This document shows, piece by piece, positions 20,070 to 30,064 of a stretch of DNA of 64,000 bases. Source of the DNA: Candidatus Norongarragalinales archaeon. Its GTDB lineage: Archaea > Micrarchaeota > Micrarchaeia > Norongarragalinales > Norongarragalinaceae. How positions within the stretch are numbered: position 1 is the stretch's first letter; each line of letters begins with the position of its first letter. The translations under genes were made by a program, and so were the position numbers. Below the pieces are notes generated by a model that worked only from the letters and a program-made list of their open reading frames with translations, ran no database searches and was not told the DNA's origin. The stretch is taken from assembly GCA_038884755.1 (NCBI GenBank), contig JAWABJ010000001.1:608001-672000 (forward strand). The letters are read 5' to 3'.

Positions 20070-23000
20070 ACCACCACTGAAAAGTCCGTAGAATTCAATG
20101 CTGGCAACCCGCTGTTTGAAATCAGCGTGGAAACCACGTCTTCCGCGAGGGCGACGTCTATGGGGTTGGTTTGCATTCCGGGAGCGCCGCCGCTCGTGTT
20201 CAAGTCCAGCTGCAGGAGCAGGCGCAAGAACGCGTCTTCAATCGCGTTGTTGCCGTTCTGGTTTAACTGGCTGGTGTTGATTGCGGTTTCGTTAGCCGTC
20301 CCCCCGATTTGCACGTTGACCGAACCGTCGGGAAGGTTGTCTCCGTCCAAATCGTAGTGCACAGTAACGTTCCTGGCGAAGCAGTACGGGAAGAACGCGC
20401 CGTACCCCACAGAACCGTTCACCCACCCGGAATAACGGACGGAGTTGTTGGTAGAGCAAAGGGCGCTTTCGTTATACGGGGAGAAGGCCGTGCGCACGTC
20501 GATGGTGTTGACCGCACCTTGTTGTATGAAAACGGGGTTTATTTGCACGGGAAACGGGTCTCCCACTCCGAAGTATGAAGTGGAGTTGTAAGCGCTGAGG
20601 TTGAAGACGTTGTTCAAACCAAGCAAAGCGTTTGTGGTGGAAACGTTGCTCGTCCACCTGTCGGCGGAGTAAGAAGCGATGCGGAAGTCATATATGGAAA
20701 AGTTAACGGGCGTGTTGACTGGGCCTTGGCAGGTGGAGAGGTTTGCCGAGCGGCTTATTGAAATCGACTGGTATGGCGGGTAGTACTGCGGGTCGAAAAC
20801 GAAGTCCAAGTACGAATCTGGGTAGAGGGAAGCTTGCACGCCTCCGACTATGGTGACTGTTTGCGAAGTGTTGGACTGTTGTACTATGGCTTGCGCGAGG
20901 GAAGTGTAGAATTGCGCGAGTTCGCTTGCGTTAGAGCTTGCAAAGAAAGTGCCGTTGCCGCACTTCGCTATTTCGCTCAGCGTGGTGTTACCCAAGGCGC
21001 ACGTGGAAACGGGCCCGAAGCCCACCGCGTAATTCGTGGAATTCAAGTACTGCCTCAGCCTGCACGAGCTCCAATTCGCGTTTTGAGCGGCGTAGTTTCT
21101 GGAAAAGGCGGTGCCGCAAGAATCAGCATCGTTGCAATCCGCGGCCCTTGAAAGCGTTCCGGTGTAACGCGCATCCCGTGCCAGCGCCCACGCGCCCTCC
21201 GAATAGGCGTAAATCAGGCCGTTTGAAGTCGCGATTTTCCCGAGCGAATCGTTGTAGAAGGAAATGCCGTTGATTTGAGTTGAGGTGGGCGAAGCGAAAC
21301 TCGCGAACGAAGTGCCGTCCCACCTGTAAATAGCGCCTCCGCTTCCTGCCACGTAAACAGCGCTGGAGTTTATTACCGACAGCGCGCGCCAAGTCTGGCT
21401 GCCGGTATCCTGGTATTCCGCCCAATTGGCGCCGTTCCACCTGTAAATCTTTCCGGAACTCCCGACTGCAAAAGCCCACGACGAGTTCACGTGTTTCACG
21501 TCGTAAAACTGGTAGTTGCTTACCGACGTCAAAGTCCAGCTCGTTCCTCCGTTCCACTTCAGCAGCTGTCCGGTGCTGCCGGAATACCCTGCAATCAAAA
21601 CGTTGCTCGAGGCATCCCACGCCGAAACGCTCCTGTAAGTCTGGCTTCCCTGGTCGGTGTTCTGCACCCAAGACCCGCCATTAAGCTGGTATATCTTTCC
21701 GGAAGTGCCTACGGCAAAGCCGAAAGTGGAATTCAAAAGCGATATTCCGTAGAAATCGTGGGAGCCCGTGTCTTGCGTTTCACTCCACCCCGTCCCGTTC
21801 CAGCCGAAGAATTTCCCACTCAAACCCGCGGCAACAGCAAACGAGGAATTCAAAGGCGCGATGGAAAAAACGTCGTTTGAACCGCCGTACGAGTAGTCGG
21901 TCCAATTGGAGGCGTTGAACGGGTCGTAGTGGACGAACCCGCCCCAATCCCCGGGAAAGTATTCCAAGCCGCTGCTCTCGGCGTCGTCCAAAGCGCACCA
22001 CCCGGCGCCCCGGTAGTTTGCAACCCCGTCGCTCATCACTATCACGTGTTTCGTGCGGTTGTTGCCCACCGGGCTTTGCTGTGCAATCAATTCGAAAGCC
22101 TTGTTTATCGCACAGGCGATGCACGTGCCCCCGCCGGCTGGATAGGAATTTATGGTGTTGTTCAAATACACGGTGTCGTTCGTGAATTCGGTGTAGTTGC
22201 TTATTCCAGCGCTGAAGGAAACGAGCGCAACGCGGTTGCCTACGCCCTCGAAAATCTTTTGCACGAAATTCTGGTCCACGCACTTCGCCACGCTGATGCG
22301 CTTGGTGGAATCGTCGTAAAGCAGCGGGTCGTTGCAATTCCTCGCAGTCCCGCTCACCCCGTCCTGGTCCATCCTCCAGTCCATGCTTCCCGAAACGTCT
22401 GTTATGAGCACGACGTCAGCGTTCCCCACTCGGCCGGTAAGGTTCGCTTTGGTTCCCAAACGCAACGGCACTGTTTTCAAGCTAATCTCGCGGTAGTCGG
22501 GAAACGCGCCGGAAAAGTTCGAGTTGGGTATGGAAACGATGCGCGATTCGTTCGTGCCGTTGTCCTCGTAAACCGTCTTGTTGCCTATAGTAAGAAAAGT
22601 AGTGTAATTGTTCAGCAGGTGAAGCGAGCCCGTGATTTGCGTGATGTTGCCCGGAATGTAGAACGACGAGTAGTAGTTTATTACGCCATCGACTCCGTTG
22701 AAGTAATAGCGCGTGAAACCGCTTTGGGTTGGCGCGAGGTCGGTGGTGTTGTAGGTTATTTTCACGAAACCGCCCCCGAAATACTTGAGGGAAAGGTTTT
22801 CGCCGGTAAAGTTGAACTCGAAAACGTTGTCCGCGCCTGCGACGGCGGCGTTCAGGCACGCGGTCCCGGTTGAGAAAGTCCATTCGTTCACGTCGTACAA
22901 CCCACTGGTTTTGTTGAGCGTGCCGCAGTTGACGCCGTTCAAGCTCAAGGAAAAGTTGGTTCCTGCATTCGCTTCTATCGAAACGCGCGACACGTTCGCG

Positions 23001-23614
23001 CCAGCCGGAACGCCACGCACTACCGCGGTTATGTTGCCTTCGCCTTCGAAACCGCCGAAGTACGTTATGGCAGCCTCTTCCTTTCCTCGGATTTTTTGGA
23101 CGAAAGCGCGCGCGACGCAACCCACCGCAAGGCTCCGGTTGGAGGAAATTCCGGAAACGAAATTCCGGCTTACCGTAGCCACCGAATAATCGCCAGAGGG
23201 CGTGCGGTTGGAAATGGATTGGTTAGAGGCGTAAACGGCGTAGTTGCTTCCAGCAGGGAAAAATCGGGAGAGGAAAAAGTCGGTTATGTTCTGGGCGCGG
23301 GAAAGGTTTTGCGCGTCTCCCGACGCCCACAAGTCGGCTACAAGCTGCATGAGCGTTTCGTTCAACGATTCCACGCCGACCACGCCCGAATCGAAAAGCA
23401 GCGCGACCGGCGCTTCCCGCCTTGCGTCTCTAACCTGGACGAAGGAAAGCACGCTCACGGAATCGCTGGCCTTCAAGTGCAAATTTTCTTGCACCGCCTG
23501 CGGGACTATGCTGACGGAAGAAAACAAGAGCACTACTGCCGAGACTGAGACCAGCAGCAGGAACGCGACGCCCGCGTCCAGCGTGAAAACTATGCCCTTC
23601 CTCCATTCAACCAT
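20060..23614 (-). CDS. large pilin-like adhesin with vWA domain and inserted beta-propeller repeats
   Basis: RKG/IVFTLDA signal; MIDAS DVSGSM, TCIACAI, VMSDG; ~40-aa repeats G.SGKIYRWNG..W...DTGSQ; many N-x-S/T sequons. Confidence 0.85.
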   Translation of the reverse strand: MVEWRKGIVFTLDAGVAFLLLVSVSAVVLLFSSVSIVPQAVQENLHLKASDSVSVLSFVQVRDARREAPVALLFDSGVVGVESLNETLMQLVADLWASGDAQNLSRAQNITDFFLSRFFPAGSNYAVYASNQSISNRTPSGDYSVATVSRNFVSGISSNRSLAVGCVARAFVQKIRGKEEAAITYFGGFEGEGNITAVVRGVPAGANVSRVSIEANAGTNFSLSLNGVNCGTLNKTSGLYDVNEWTFSTGTACLNAAVAGADNVFEFNFTGENLSLKYFGGGFVKITYNTTDLAPTQSGFTRYYFNGVDGVINYYSSFYIPGNITQITGSLHLLNNYTTFLTIGNKTVYEDNGTNESRIVSIPNSNFSGAFPDYREISLKTVPLRLGTKANLTGRVGNADVVLITDVSGSMDWRMDQDGVSGTARNCNDPLLYDDSTKRISVAKCVDQNFVQKIFEGVGNRVALVSFSAGISNYTEFTNDTVYLNNTINSYPAGGGTCIACAINKAFELIAQQSPVGNNRTKHVIVMSDGVANYRGAGWCALDDAESSGLEYFPGDWGGFVHYDPFNASNWTDYSYGGSNDVFSIAPLNSSFAVAAGLSGKFFGWNGTGWSETQDTGSHDFYGISLLNSTFGFAVGTSGKIYQLNGGSWVQNTDQGSQTYRSVSAWDASSNVLIAGYSGSTGQLLKWNGGTSWTLTSVSNYQFYDVKHVNSSWAFAVGSSGKIYRWNGANWAEYQDTGSQTWRALSVINSSAVYVAGSGGAIYRWDGTSFASFASPTSTQINGISFYNDSLGKIATSNGLIYAYSEGAWALARDARYTGTLSRAADCNDADSCGTAFSRNYAAQNANWSSCRLRQYLNSTNYAVGFGPVSTCALGNTTLSEIAKCGNGTFFASSNASELAQFYTSLAQAIVQQSNTSQTVTIVGGVQASLYPDSYLDFVFDPQYYPPYQSISISRSANLSTCQGPVNTPVNFSIYDFRIASYSADRWTSNVSTTNALLGLNNVFNLSAYNSTSYFGVGDPFPVQINPVFIQQGAVNTIDVRTAFSPYNESALCSTNNSVRYSGWVNGSVGYGAFFPYCFARNVTVHYDLDGDNLPDGSVNVQIGGTANETAINTSQLNQNGNNAIEDAFLRLLLQLDLNTSGGAPGMQTNPIDVALAEDVVSTLISNSGLPALNSTDFSVVVWR

Positions 23615-24761
23615 TCCACAACACCAGGGTCGCGGCAACCGGAATCCTCCTGTCGCCTTCGATGAACGCAAAACGCGTTTGCGGAATCACGAAAGAAGCG
23701 TTGGCGTAAGGCGCGATTCCGTAATCCAGCTTCCATCCGATTATGTTGAAAACGTCCTTTCCCTGAACACCCGCAAAGTCCGCCTGAAAATCGCTTGCAA
23801 AATACACTTTCCCCAGTCTGTATTCCCAGCTTGCGACAACGGCTTCCGAAGCGTTGGTGGCGTTGGAAACGAAAATTTGCGGGGAAACGCCGTTGGGAGA
23901 GAACGCCACCCAACGTCCCGCGGAAGTGACGTTGGAGCCCACGCTGGTGTTATGCAGGAAAAACCCTTTCTCTTGCACCACGCCGTTAACCGCAGCGGCA
24001 GCCTTCCTGAAGAACATGCTGAGGTTTCCTATCAACAGTTCGCCTTCAGCATTGCCGGCAAGGTAAACCAACACGCCCCCTTCATCAAAAAATTTCTCGA
24101 GCAAAGTTTGGTTTACCAGTGCCAAAGCCATTTCCGGAGACTCGACCACGATTGAATTGTACGAACTCTGGTTTGCTAGCATGGAATTGAAAACGCCCGC
24201 CTTTTCCCCACCGTACTGGTTTCTCGACGAGCCCCAGTCCGGCTGCGCCAGTACGCCCTGCCCCCAGTAGTAATCCCACGTGACGTTCGCCTGGTTGATG
24301 GTTTCGAAAAAATCGCGCGAGTCGGAAGCGAAATAAGCGATTGGCTCTCTAGCTATGCCGCTCAACGCGGGCCGGGGGTCTGAAACGTTTTCGTAAAACG
24401 AAAGCCTGTAGTCGAAACGCTGCATTCCCGCCTTCGCCTTGAAAGCTAGGTAGTCTGAAGAAACGTCGAACAAGGCCAGGAGTTTTTTCAAGGAAATGCC
24501 TTTGTTTCCCTTCAAGCCCACGTTGGAAACGTTCGCAAGGGAAAGGCCGGCAGAATCTTCCCAATCCTCGGGGTAGCCGGGAGAAGAGACGAGGAAATCG
24601 GCAGCCAACGCCGAAGTTTCGAACGCCCTGCGCCTGTCCTCTTGCTGCGAGATGGAAGACTGCAGGCTGAGCCAGGTCGAGCCCAGCAGAGACAGTATCA
24701 AAACCAAAACCACTATGCTGAAAACGAAGTCCAGCGAAAAAATTTGTGCCTTGCGGTTCAA
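23607..24761 (-). CDS. minor pilin-like protein
   Basis: RKAQ/IFSLDFVFS class III signal; LVSSPGYPEDWE..VGL. Confidence 0.8.
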   Translation of the reverse strand: MNRKAQIFSLDFVFSIVVLVLILSLLGSTWLSLQSSISQQEDRRRAFETSALAADFLVSSPGYPEDWEDSAGLSLANVSNVGLKGNKGISLKKLLALFDVSSDYLAFKAKAGMQRFDYRLSFYENVSDPRPALSGIAREPIAYFASDSRDFFETINQANVTWDYYWGQGVLAQPDWGSSRNQYGGEKAGVFNSMLANQSSYNSIVVESPEMALALVNQTLLEKFFDEGGVLVYLAGNAEGELLIGNLSMFFRKAAAAVNGVVQEKGFFLHNTSVGSNVTSAGRWVAFSPNGVSPQIFVSNATNASEAVVASWEYRLGKVYFASDFQADFAGVQGKDVFNIIGWKLDYGIAPYANASFVIPQTRFAFIEGDRRIPVAATLVLWNG

Positions 24762-25144
24762 TTCAAAACCACCACTCCGTTTTCAAAACGCATGAAATTC
24801 GGGCCTTGGCTTACCGCGCCCGAAACGTTGGCGAGCAAAGGTGTCGAACACCCCCCGCCGCTCCAACTCACCCCCACCCGCCGCTCGTTGTTGTCGAATT
24901 CAATCGAGTAAGGAAATTGAGTGTAGACGAAAGGCATTACGAAAGAGCGCTCGTACCCTTCGCCCAGCGAAGCCGCGGTGTTAACTTCAGTCGCAAGAAA
25001 AACGCACAAGTCCGCCCCGCCCGAAGAGGTTTTCTGGGTGTTCAGCTGTTGGGAAATGACGAAGGACAACACTACCACGAGAACAAGCACGAGAGAAAGT
25101 ATTCCGACGAGGGAAAGCAATTCCACGGAAACTTGGTTGCGCAT
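24758..25144 (-). CDS. minor pilin
   Basis: RNQVSVELL class III-like signal and hydrophobic helix. Confidence 0.75.
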   Translation of the reverse strand: MRNQVSVELLSLVGILSLVLVLVVVLSFVISQQLNTQKTSSGGADLCVFLATEVNTAASLGEGYERSFVMPFVYTQFPYSIEFDNNERRVGVSWSGGGCSTPLLANVSGAVSQGPNFMRFENGVVVLN

Positions 25145-25153
25145 AAGCCCATC

Positions 25154-25603
25154 TCACCCGGAAATCAACACGCACGGAAACCCGTTGAAATCAACTGCCT
25201 CCACTTGAATGCGCCTCAAGCCCGGTTTTCCGACGAGGAAAGACAAGTCCCCGGAAACGTTGCCTGAAACCGGCGCGAACACTTGCGTGGTCTTCCCGTC
25301 CAACGCCGTCAAAACCAGCATTATTTCGCGGCTTGAGCAAGTCGCGTTGGAAGAAGGACTCGCCGAAAGAACTCCGTCTGGATTGTTCACTTCAACAAAC
25401 ATTTTCGCGGGCGTGCCTTGCACGAAAACCAAGTTCGCCGCGTCCGCCAGCCGCGTGACGACCTGCTTCCCAAAACCAACTTTCAAGTCCTGCTGCACGG
25501 CCGCGTTTGAAGAATTCACGTAAAGCCAGATGACGAAGAAAGCCGCCAGGCTCAATCCCACCATGGCCATGTACTCGACCGAAACTTGACCGCGCTTTTG
25601 CAT
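25154..25603 (-). CDS. minor pilin
   Basis: KRGQVSVEYM class III signal; LADAANLVFVQG. Confidence 0.8.
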   Translation of the reverse strand: MQKRGQVSVEYMAMVGLSLAAFFVIWLYVNSSNAAVQQDLKVGFGKQVVTRLADAANLVFVQGTPAKMFVEVNNPDGVLSASPSSNATCSSREIMLVLTALDGKTTQVFAPVSGNVSGDLSFLVGKPGLRRIQVEAVDFNGFPCVLISG

Positions 25604-25704
25604 ACTCAATTCATAAGACAAGGGAATTAAAAAACAGTTTTACCTTTTAATTTCTATAGCAAAAAACTTCAATCGGAAGCGCTGCAAAGCGCTTCCGGAG
25701 GAGA

Positions 25705-26871
25705 TTGGCGTTGGCAGTAAAACTCGAGATAATCGACGGCAAGGCGATAGCTTCGGACGCCGCATCCGTGGAATCCTTGAACAAAGGGTTTTTCGGAGAA
25801 GGCGTGGACGGAAAGAAAAACAAGCTACTGTTGAGTCCAGAGGAAGCGTTATACCTGTCGGACGTGCGCAACGCTGAAGTCATGCGCAATGAAAAGAAAA
25901 TCGATTTCAACCAGCTTGCGTTCGACCACCGCGACAAGCGCAAGTTTTTGGCTCGATATTTCTGCTATCGCGACTGGCGAGACAGGGGGCTAATCGCACG
26001 TAGCATAAGCGAAGCGCAAGACAATTACGGCCGCTCTCCGGTAGTAAAATACCCTTCGAAAGACTTTGCGCCGCACAAAATCAAGGGCAAGGGCTTGTTT
26101 TTCAACGACGACCTCATGACCACTCTCGACGAGGAAGAAGACAAGGTTTTATTCGAAAATTACTGGTTCGGGCAGTGGGGCACGTACAAGGCGAAAAAAC
26201 ACGGCAGACTCCTCAAGCTTGACGCTTACGAAACGCTGTTTTTGATGAAGCACGCTTCGCTGAAATGCAACATCCAGGAAAAACGCATGGTGCAGGAAGC
26301 ATTGGCGAGGCGCGCCGACTTTTTGTCGTTGTATAGCGTTTACGAAGACTTTCGCCTGCGCGGGTTTGTCGTGAAAACGGGATTCAAATTCGGAACTCAC
26401 TTCCGGCTGTATTTTCCCGGTGCGGCGCCTTCGTTAGAGCAGGGGGAATGGATGCACTCGAAACACGTGATTCACGTTTTTCCGCGCGAGGCGAAAATGC
26501 TCATAAGCGAGTGGAGCCGCGCTATAAGAGTAGCCCATGGAGTTAGAAAAACATTCATTCTTGCGATTCCAGGTGAAAAGCGCGTCGAGCGCGAAGAATT
26601 GGACTTCCTGCTTTACCATCGAAAAAAAGGAGGTTTGATTGAAAATCCTAAGGAAGACAAACCCAAATTTGTCATGATGGCTTTGAGCGAAGAAGAGGAA
26701 ATCGGAGGCGCAGAGCTGGCTCGCGCTATAGAACGCGCGAAAGAACTAGGCCTCGATTTGATTCTTGCGATTTGCGACCGAGAGACGAGCATAACGTATT
26801 ACAGGGTCAAGCGAATCGAGCTTCCAAAAAGCAAGTACGAATATTACGAGATAGAGTGGATTCAACCCTAA
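25705..26871 (+). CDS. endA: tRNA-splicing endonuclease, probably three-unit (epsilon2) type
   Basis: LSPEEALYL and YRDWRDRGL in unit 1; VYEDFRLRGFVVKTGFKFGTHFRLY, HSKHVI, RVAHGVRK catalytic Y/H/K; terminal EIEWIQP; 388 aa. Confidence 0.9.
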   Translation: MALAVKLEIIDGKAIASDAASVESLNKGFFGEGVDGKKNKLLLSPEEALYLSDVRNAEVMRNEKKIDFNQLAFDHRDKRKFLARYFCYRDWRDRGLIARSISEAQDNYGRSPVVKYPSKDFAPHKIKGKGLFFNDDLMTTLDEEEDKVLFENYWFGQWGTYKAKKHGRLLKLDAYETLFLMKHASLKCNIQEKRMVQEALARRADFLSLYSVYEDFRLRGFVVKTGFKFGTHFRLYFPGAAPSLEQGEWMHSKHVIHVFPREAKMLISEWSRAIRVAHGVRKTFILAIPGEKRVEREELDFLLYHRKKGGLIENPKEDKPKFVMMALSEEEEIGGAELARAIERAKELGLDLILAICDRETSITYYRVKRIELPKSKYEYYEIEWIQP

Positions 26872-26905
26872 AAAAAACGCTCACGAACAGAGCGGATGCG
26901 GTCAT

Positions 26906-28465
26906 ATGAGCGAAAAAGAAAAACACGACATGTTTTGGGCCGACCAAATAGCACGCGAGGCTAAAGCGTATAAAGGAAAGCACGTAGTGGGCGACGCAAA
27001 AACGCCTTCCGGGCGCATACACGTCGGCTCGCTGCGCGGGCTGGTTATCCACGATTTGATTCACAAGGCCGTTCTCGACAGCGGGCAGAAGAGCGAGTAC
27101 GTCTATCGTTTCGACGATTTCGACCCCATGGACGGGTTTCCGCCCGACCTGCCTGAATCGTATCGAAAGTATATGGGTGAGCCCTTATGTAATATTCCTT
27201 CTCCGGAAAAAGGGTTCGACTCCCTCGCTCAATATTATGCGTTGGAATTCAAGGAAGTTTTTGAGAAACTAGGGTGCAACCCCAAAATCGTTTGGGCTTC
27301 AGAGGCATACCACAGCGGGAAAATGAACGAGTTCGTGCGAATAGCTTTAGAAAATGCTGAGAAAATCCGCGAGATAAACGTTCGCATCAGCGGGGCAAAA
27401 AAACAGGAAGGCTGGCTGCCCATCAACGTGGTATGCGAAAAATGCGGGAAGATAGGGACTACGCACGTCACGGATTTCGACGGAAAAACAGTGCATTACG
27501 CTTGTGTTGGGGCGAAATACGCCGACGGGTGCAAGCAAGACGCTCGCATAAGCCCGTTCGACGGGAACGCAAAACTAACGTGGAAAGTGGAGTGGGCGGC
27601 GCAATTCAAGCTTTACGAAGTTACGATTGAAGGCGCAGGGAAAGACCATTATGCTTCGGGAGGGGCGCGCGACGTTTCCAACGAAATAACCGAAAAAGTT
27701 TTCAATTATCCCGCGCCCTACAATTTCCCGTACGAGTTCTTTTTGTTCGGGGGAAGGAAAATGTCTTCCTCGAAAGGCATAGGGTTGAGCGCAAAAAGCG
27801 TAAGCGATTCCCTTCCGCCGGAATTGCTTCGCTTCGTTTTCACGAAATACAAGCCCAAAACTGCGATTGAGTTCAACCCAGAAGGAGAAACCATTCCACG
27901 ATTGTACGACGATTGGGACAAGTTTTCGCGCGTGTATTTCGGGAAAGAGGAAAGCCGCGACCCGGACGTCCCCCGCATTTTCGCTTTGAGCCAACTGCAC
28001 GGAAAACCGAAAGAGCATTTCCATCCCCAGTTTTCTTTCGTCGCGTTTTTGGTGCAAGTTCCAGGCGTTGACGTTGCGAAAGCAATCGAAAAGCACAAAG
28101 GCGCGGAATTGACGAAGGAAGAAAGCGAAGAGCTGGCGGAAAGGGTTGCTTACGCCAAACTGTGGTTGGAAAAATTCGCTGACGAGAACGCGAAAATCTC
28201 TATCGCAAAGCACGCCGACTGGAACGGCGTTTCCGACAAGGCGAGGGAAGCGCTTGCGGAATACTCGAATTACTTGAATTTGGACGAGAGCGGGCAGTCC
28301 GAGAAAGTGAAGGAAATCTGCGCTGGGCACGGGATTTCGGTGCAAGAGTTTTACAAGGCGGCTTACAGGATTTTCATCTCGCGCGACAAAGGCCCAAAGT
28401 TGATTCCGTTTTTGAACGCGCTTGACAAGGAGTTCGTGGAGCATAGGCTGAAGGGAAAGGCATGA
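26906..28465 (+). CDS. lysS: class I lysyl-tRNA synthetase
   Basis: FWADQIA, TPSGRIHVGSLR, KLTWKVEWAA, EGAGKDH, KMSSSKG. Confidence 0.97.
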   Translation: MSEKEKHDMFWADQIAREAKAYKGKHVVGDAKTPSGRIHVGSLRGLVIHDLIHKAVLDSGQKSEYVYRFDDFDPMDGFPPDLPESYRKYMGEPLCNIPSPEKGFDSLAQYYALEFKEVFEKLGCNPKIVWASEAYHSGKMNEFVRIALENAEKIREINVRISGAKKQEGWLPINVVCEKCGKIGTTHVTDFDGKTVHYACVGAKYADGCKQDARISPFDGNAKLTWKVEWAAQFKLYEVTIEGAGKDHYASGGARDVSNEITEKVFNYPAPYNFPYEFFLFGGRKMSSSKGIGLSAKSVSDSLPPELLRFVFTKYKPKTAIEFNPEGETIPRLYDDWDKFSRVYFGKEESRDPDVPRIFALSQLHGKPKEHFHPQFSFVAFLVQVPGVDVAKAIEKHKGAELTKEESEELAERVAYAKLWLEKFADENAKISIAKHADWNGVSDKAREALAEYSNYLNLDESGQSEKVKEICAGHGISVQEFYKAAYRIFISRDKGPKLIPFLNALDKEFVEHRLKGKA

Positions 28466-28466
28466 G

Positions 28467-28718
28467 CTATTGCTTTTCCTCGACAGTAGCTACGAGGACG
28501 CAGTTTCTTTCGTCGTAGTAGTGCCCGACGACATCATGGTTTTCTCTCAAAAGCCTCAGGATTTCGCTCTTGCCGTGCGGCGTCACGGTTTGCGCTTGAA
28601 TGTGGTAAGACGCTGGCAGTTTAAACCCTTCGGGAGGCTTGAGATTGGCGTGAACCGGCGTTATGCTGAAACGGTGGTCGTCGCAGTGCTTGTACAGAAT
28701 CCGCGCGATTTCGTCCAT
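28467..28718 (-). CDS. hypothetical protein
   Basis: 83-aa ORF filling the gap between lysS and eif2g. Confidence 0.5.
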   Translation of the reverse strand: MDEIARILYKHCDDHRFSITPVHANLKPPEGFKLPASYHIQAQTVTPHGKSEILRLLRENHDVVGHYYDERNCVLVATVEEKQ

Positions 28719-28834
28719 GGGAATGATTTGCTTCGCAGGGGGATAATAAACTTACTTTTTGAAAAGTGTTTTTAACTCCCGCAAAGCAATTATTTTGTTC
28801 TCTTTTTTAGGGTTCAAAAAGAGTGGGTTTAGCA

Positions 28835-30052
28835 ATGGCGCAAGCGGAATTAAACATTGGAACGATAGGGCACGTGGACCACGGCAAAAGCACGCTAGTC
28901 CAGGCTTTGACTGGCAAGTTTCCGGACACGCACAGCGAAGAGCTGAAGCGCGGCATCACGATCAAGCTCGGCTATTCCGAAGCCGTTTTCTACAAATGCT
29001 CCTCTTGCCCCGAGCCGCAGTGCTATTCAGTAAAGCCGAAGTGCGAAAACTGCGGCAAGGAATCGAAAGCCTTGCGCAAAGTCTCGTTTTTGGATTCGCC
29101 CGGCCACGAAACGCTCATGGCTACCGTAATCGCCGCTTCGAGCATAATGGACGGCGCGTTGTTTTTGATTGCGGCGAACGAAGAGTGCCCCCAGCCGCAA
29201 ACCATAGAGCATTTGATGATTCTCGAGGCGGCTGAAATCAAGAACGTGGTGGTAGTTCAAAACAAGGTCGACTTGGTTTCAAAGGAAAAGGCTTTGGAGA
29301 ACTACAAGCAAATCAAGGAGTTTTTGAAGGGAAGCACGTTGCAAGACGCGCCCGTAGTGCCGCTCGTGGCGAACGTCGGCGGTAATCTCGACGCATTGAT
29401 TCAAACCATCGAAGAAACCATTCCCACCCCCGAACGCGCGGGGGAAGGAAAGCAGGGTAAAATGCTCATAGCACGCAGTTTCGACGTCAACAAACCCGGA
29501 AAAGAAATCTCGAAGCTCACTGGCGGAGTGGTGGGCGGAAGCATAACCGAAGGGGTTTTGCGCGTCGGCGACGAAGTAACGATTTTGCCCGGAGCACTGC
29601 GCGTGAAAAAAGAAAAAGAAACTTACCAGCCGTTGACCACGAAAATCGTTTCCTTGTTTGCTGAAAACGAAAAGCTTGAGGAGGCGAGGCCCGGCGGGCT
29701 TATTGCGGTTGGAACGCAGTTGGACCCTGCGCTCACACACTCGGACTCTCTAGTAGGAAACGTTTTGGGAAATAAAGAAACTCTGCCCAAAGTCTATTCC
29801 GAGTTCAAGATGGAAATAACGCAAATGAAGAGAATGCTCCAGAAGTTCACCGAATCGTTCAAGCCCAGCGAGCCTCTGGTCTTGGGAGCGGGAACTGCAA
29901 CGACGGTCGGATTCGTGGCCGAGCAAAAGAAAAACGTCGTGAAAATCTCCTTGAAAAAGCCAATCTGCCTCGACAAGAGCTCGCGCATTGCGGTCATGCG
30001 CAGGGCCGAAAACCGCTGGCGGTTGTACGGAACCGCAAAACTATTGGAGTAA
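28835..30052 (+). CDS. eif2g: translation initiation factor aIF2 gamma
   Basis: QAELNIGTIGHVDHGKST, RGITIKLGY, Zn knuckle, DSPGHE, QPQTIEH, NKVD, RSFDVNKPG. Confidence 0.97.
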   Translation: MAQAELNIGTIGHVDHGKSTLVQALTGKFPDTHSEELKRGITIKLGYSEAVFYKCSSCPEPQCYSVKPKCENCGKESKALRKVSFLDSPGHETLMATVIAASSIMDGALFLIAANEECPQPQTIEHLMILEAAEIKNVVVVQNKVDLVSKEKALENYKQIKEFLKGSTLQDAPVVPLVANVGGNLDALIQTIEETIPTPERAGEGKQGKMLIARSFDVNKPGKEISKLTGGVVGGSITEGVLRVGDEVTILPGALRVKKEKETYQPLTTKIVSLFAENEKLEEARPGGLIAVGTQLDPALTHSDSLVGNVLGNKETLPKVYSEFKMEITQMKRMLQKFTESFKPSEPLVLGAGTATTVGFVAEQKKNVVKISLKKPICLDKSSRIAVMRRAENRWRLYGTAKLLE

Positions 30053-30064
30053 AAGGTGTGCTGG

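Noticed and set aside
21180..21910. Recurring DNA repeats as a possible DGR or CRISPR
   Set aside because: In-frame degenerate protein repeats; no reverse transcriptase or cas genes in the window.
14112..25603. Archaellum operon
   Set aside because: No FlaH/FlaF/FlaG-like genes or archaellin signature; two Tad-like membrane proteins fit a pilus.
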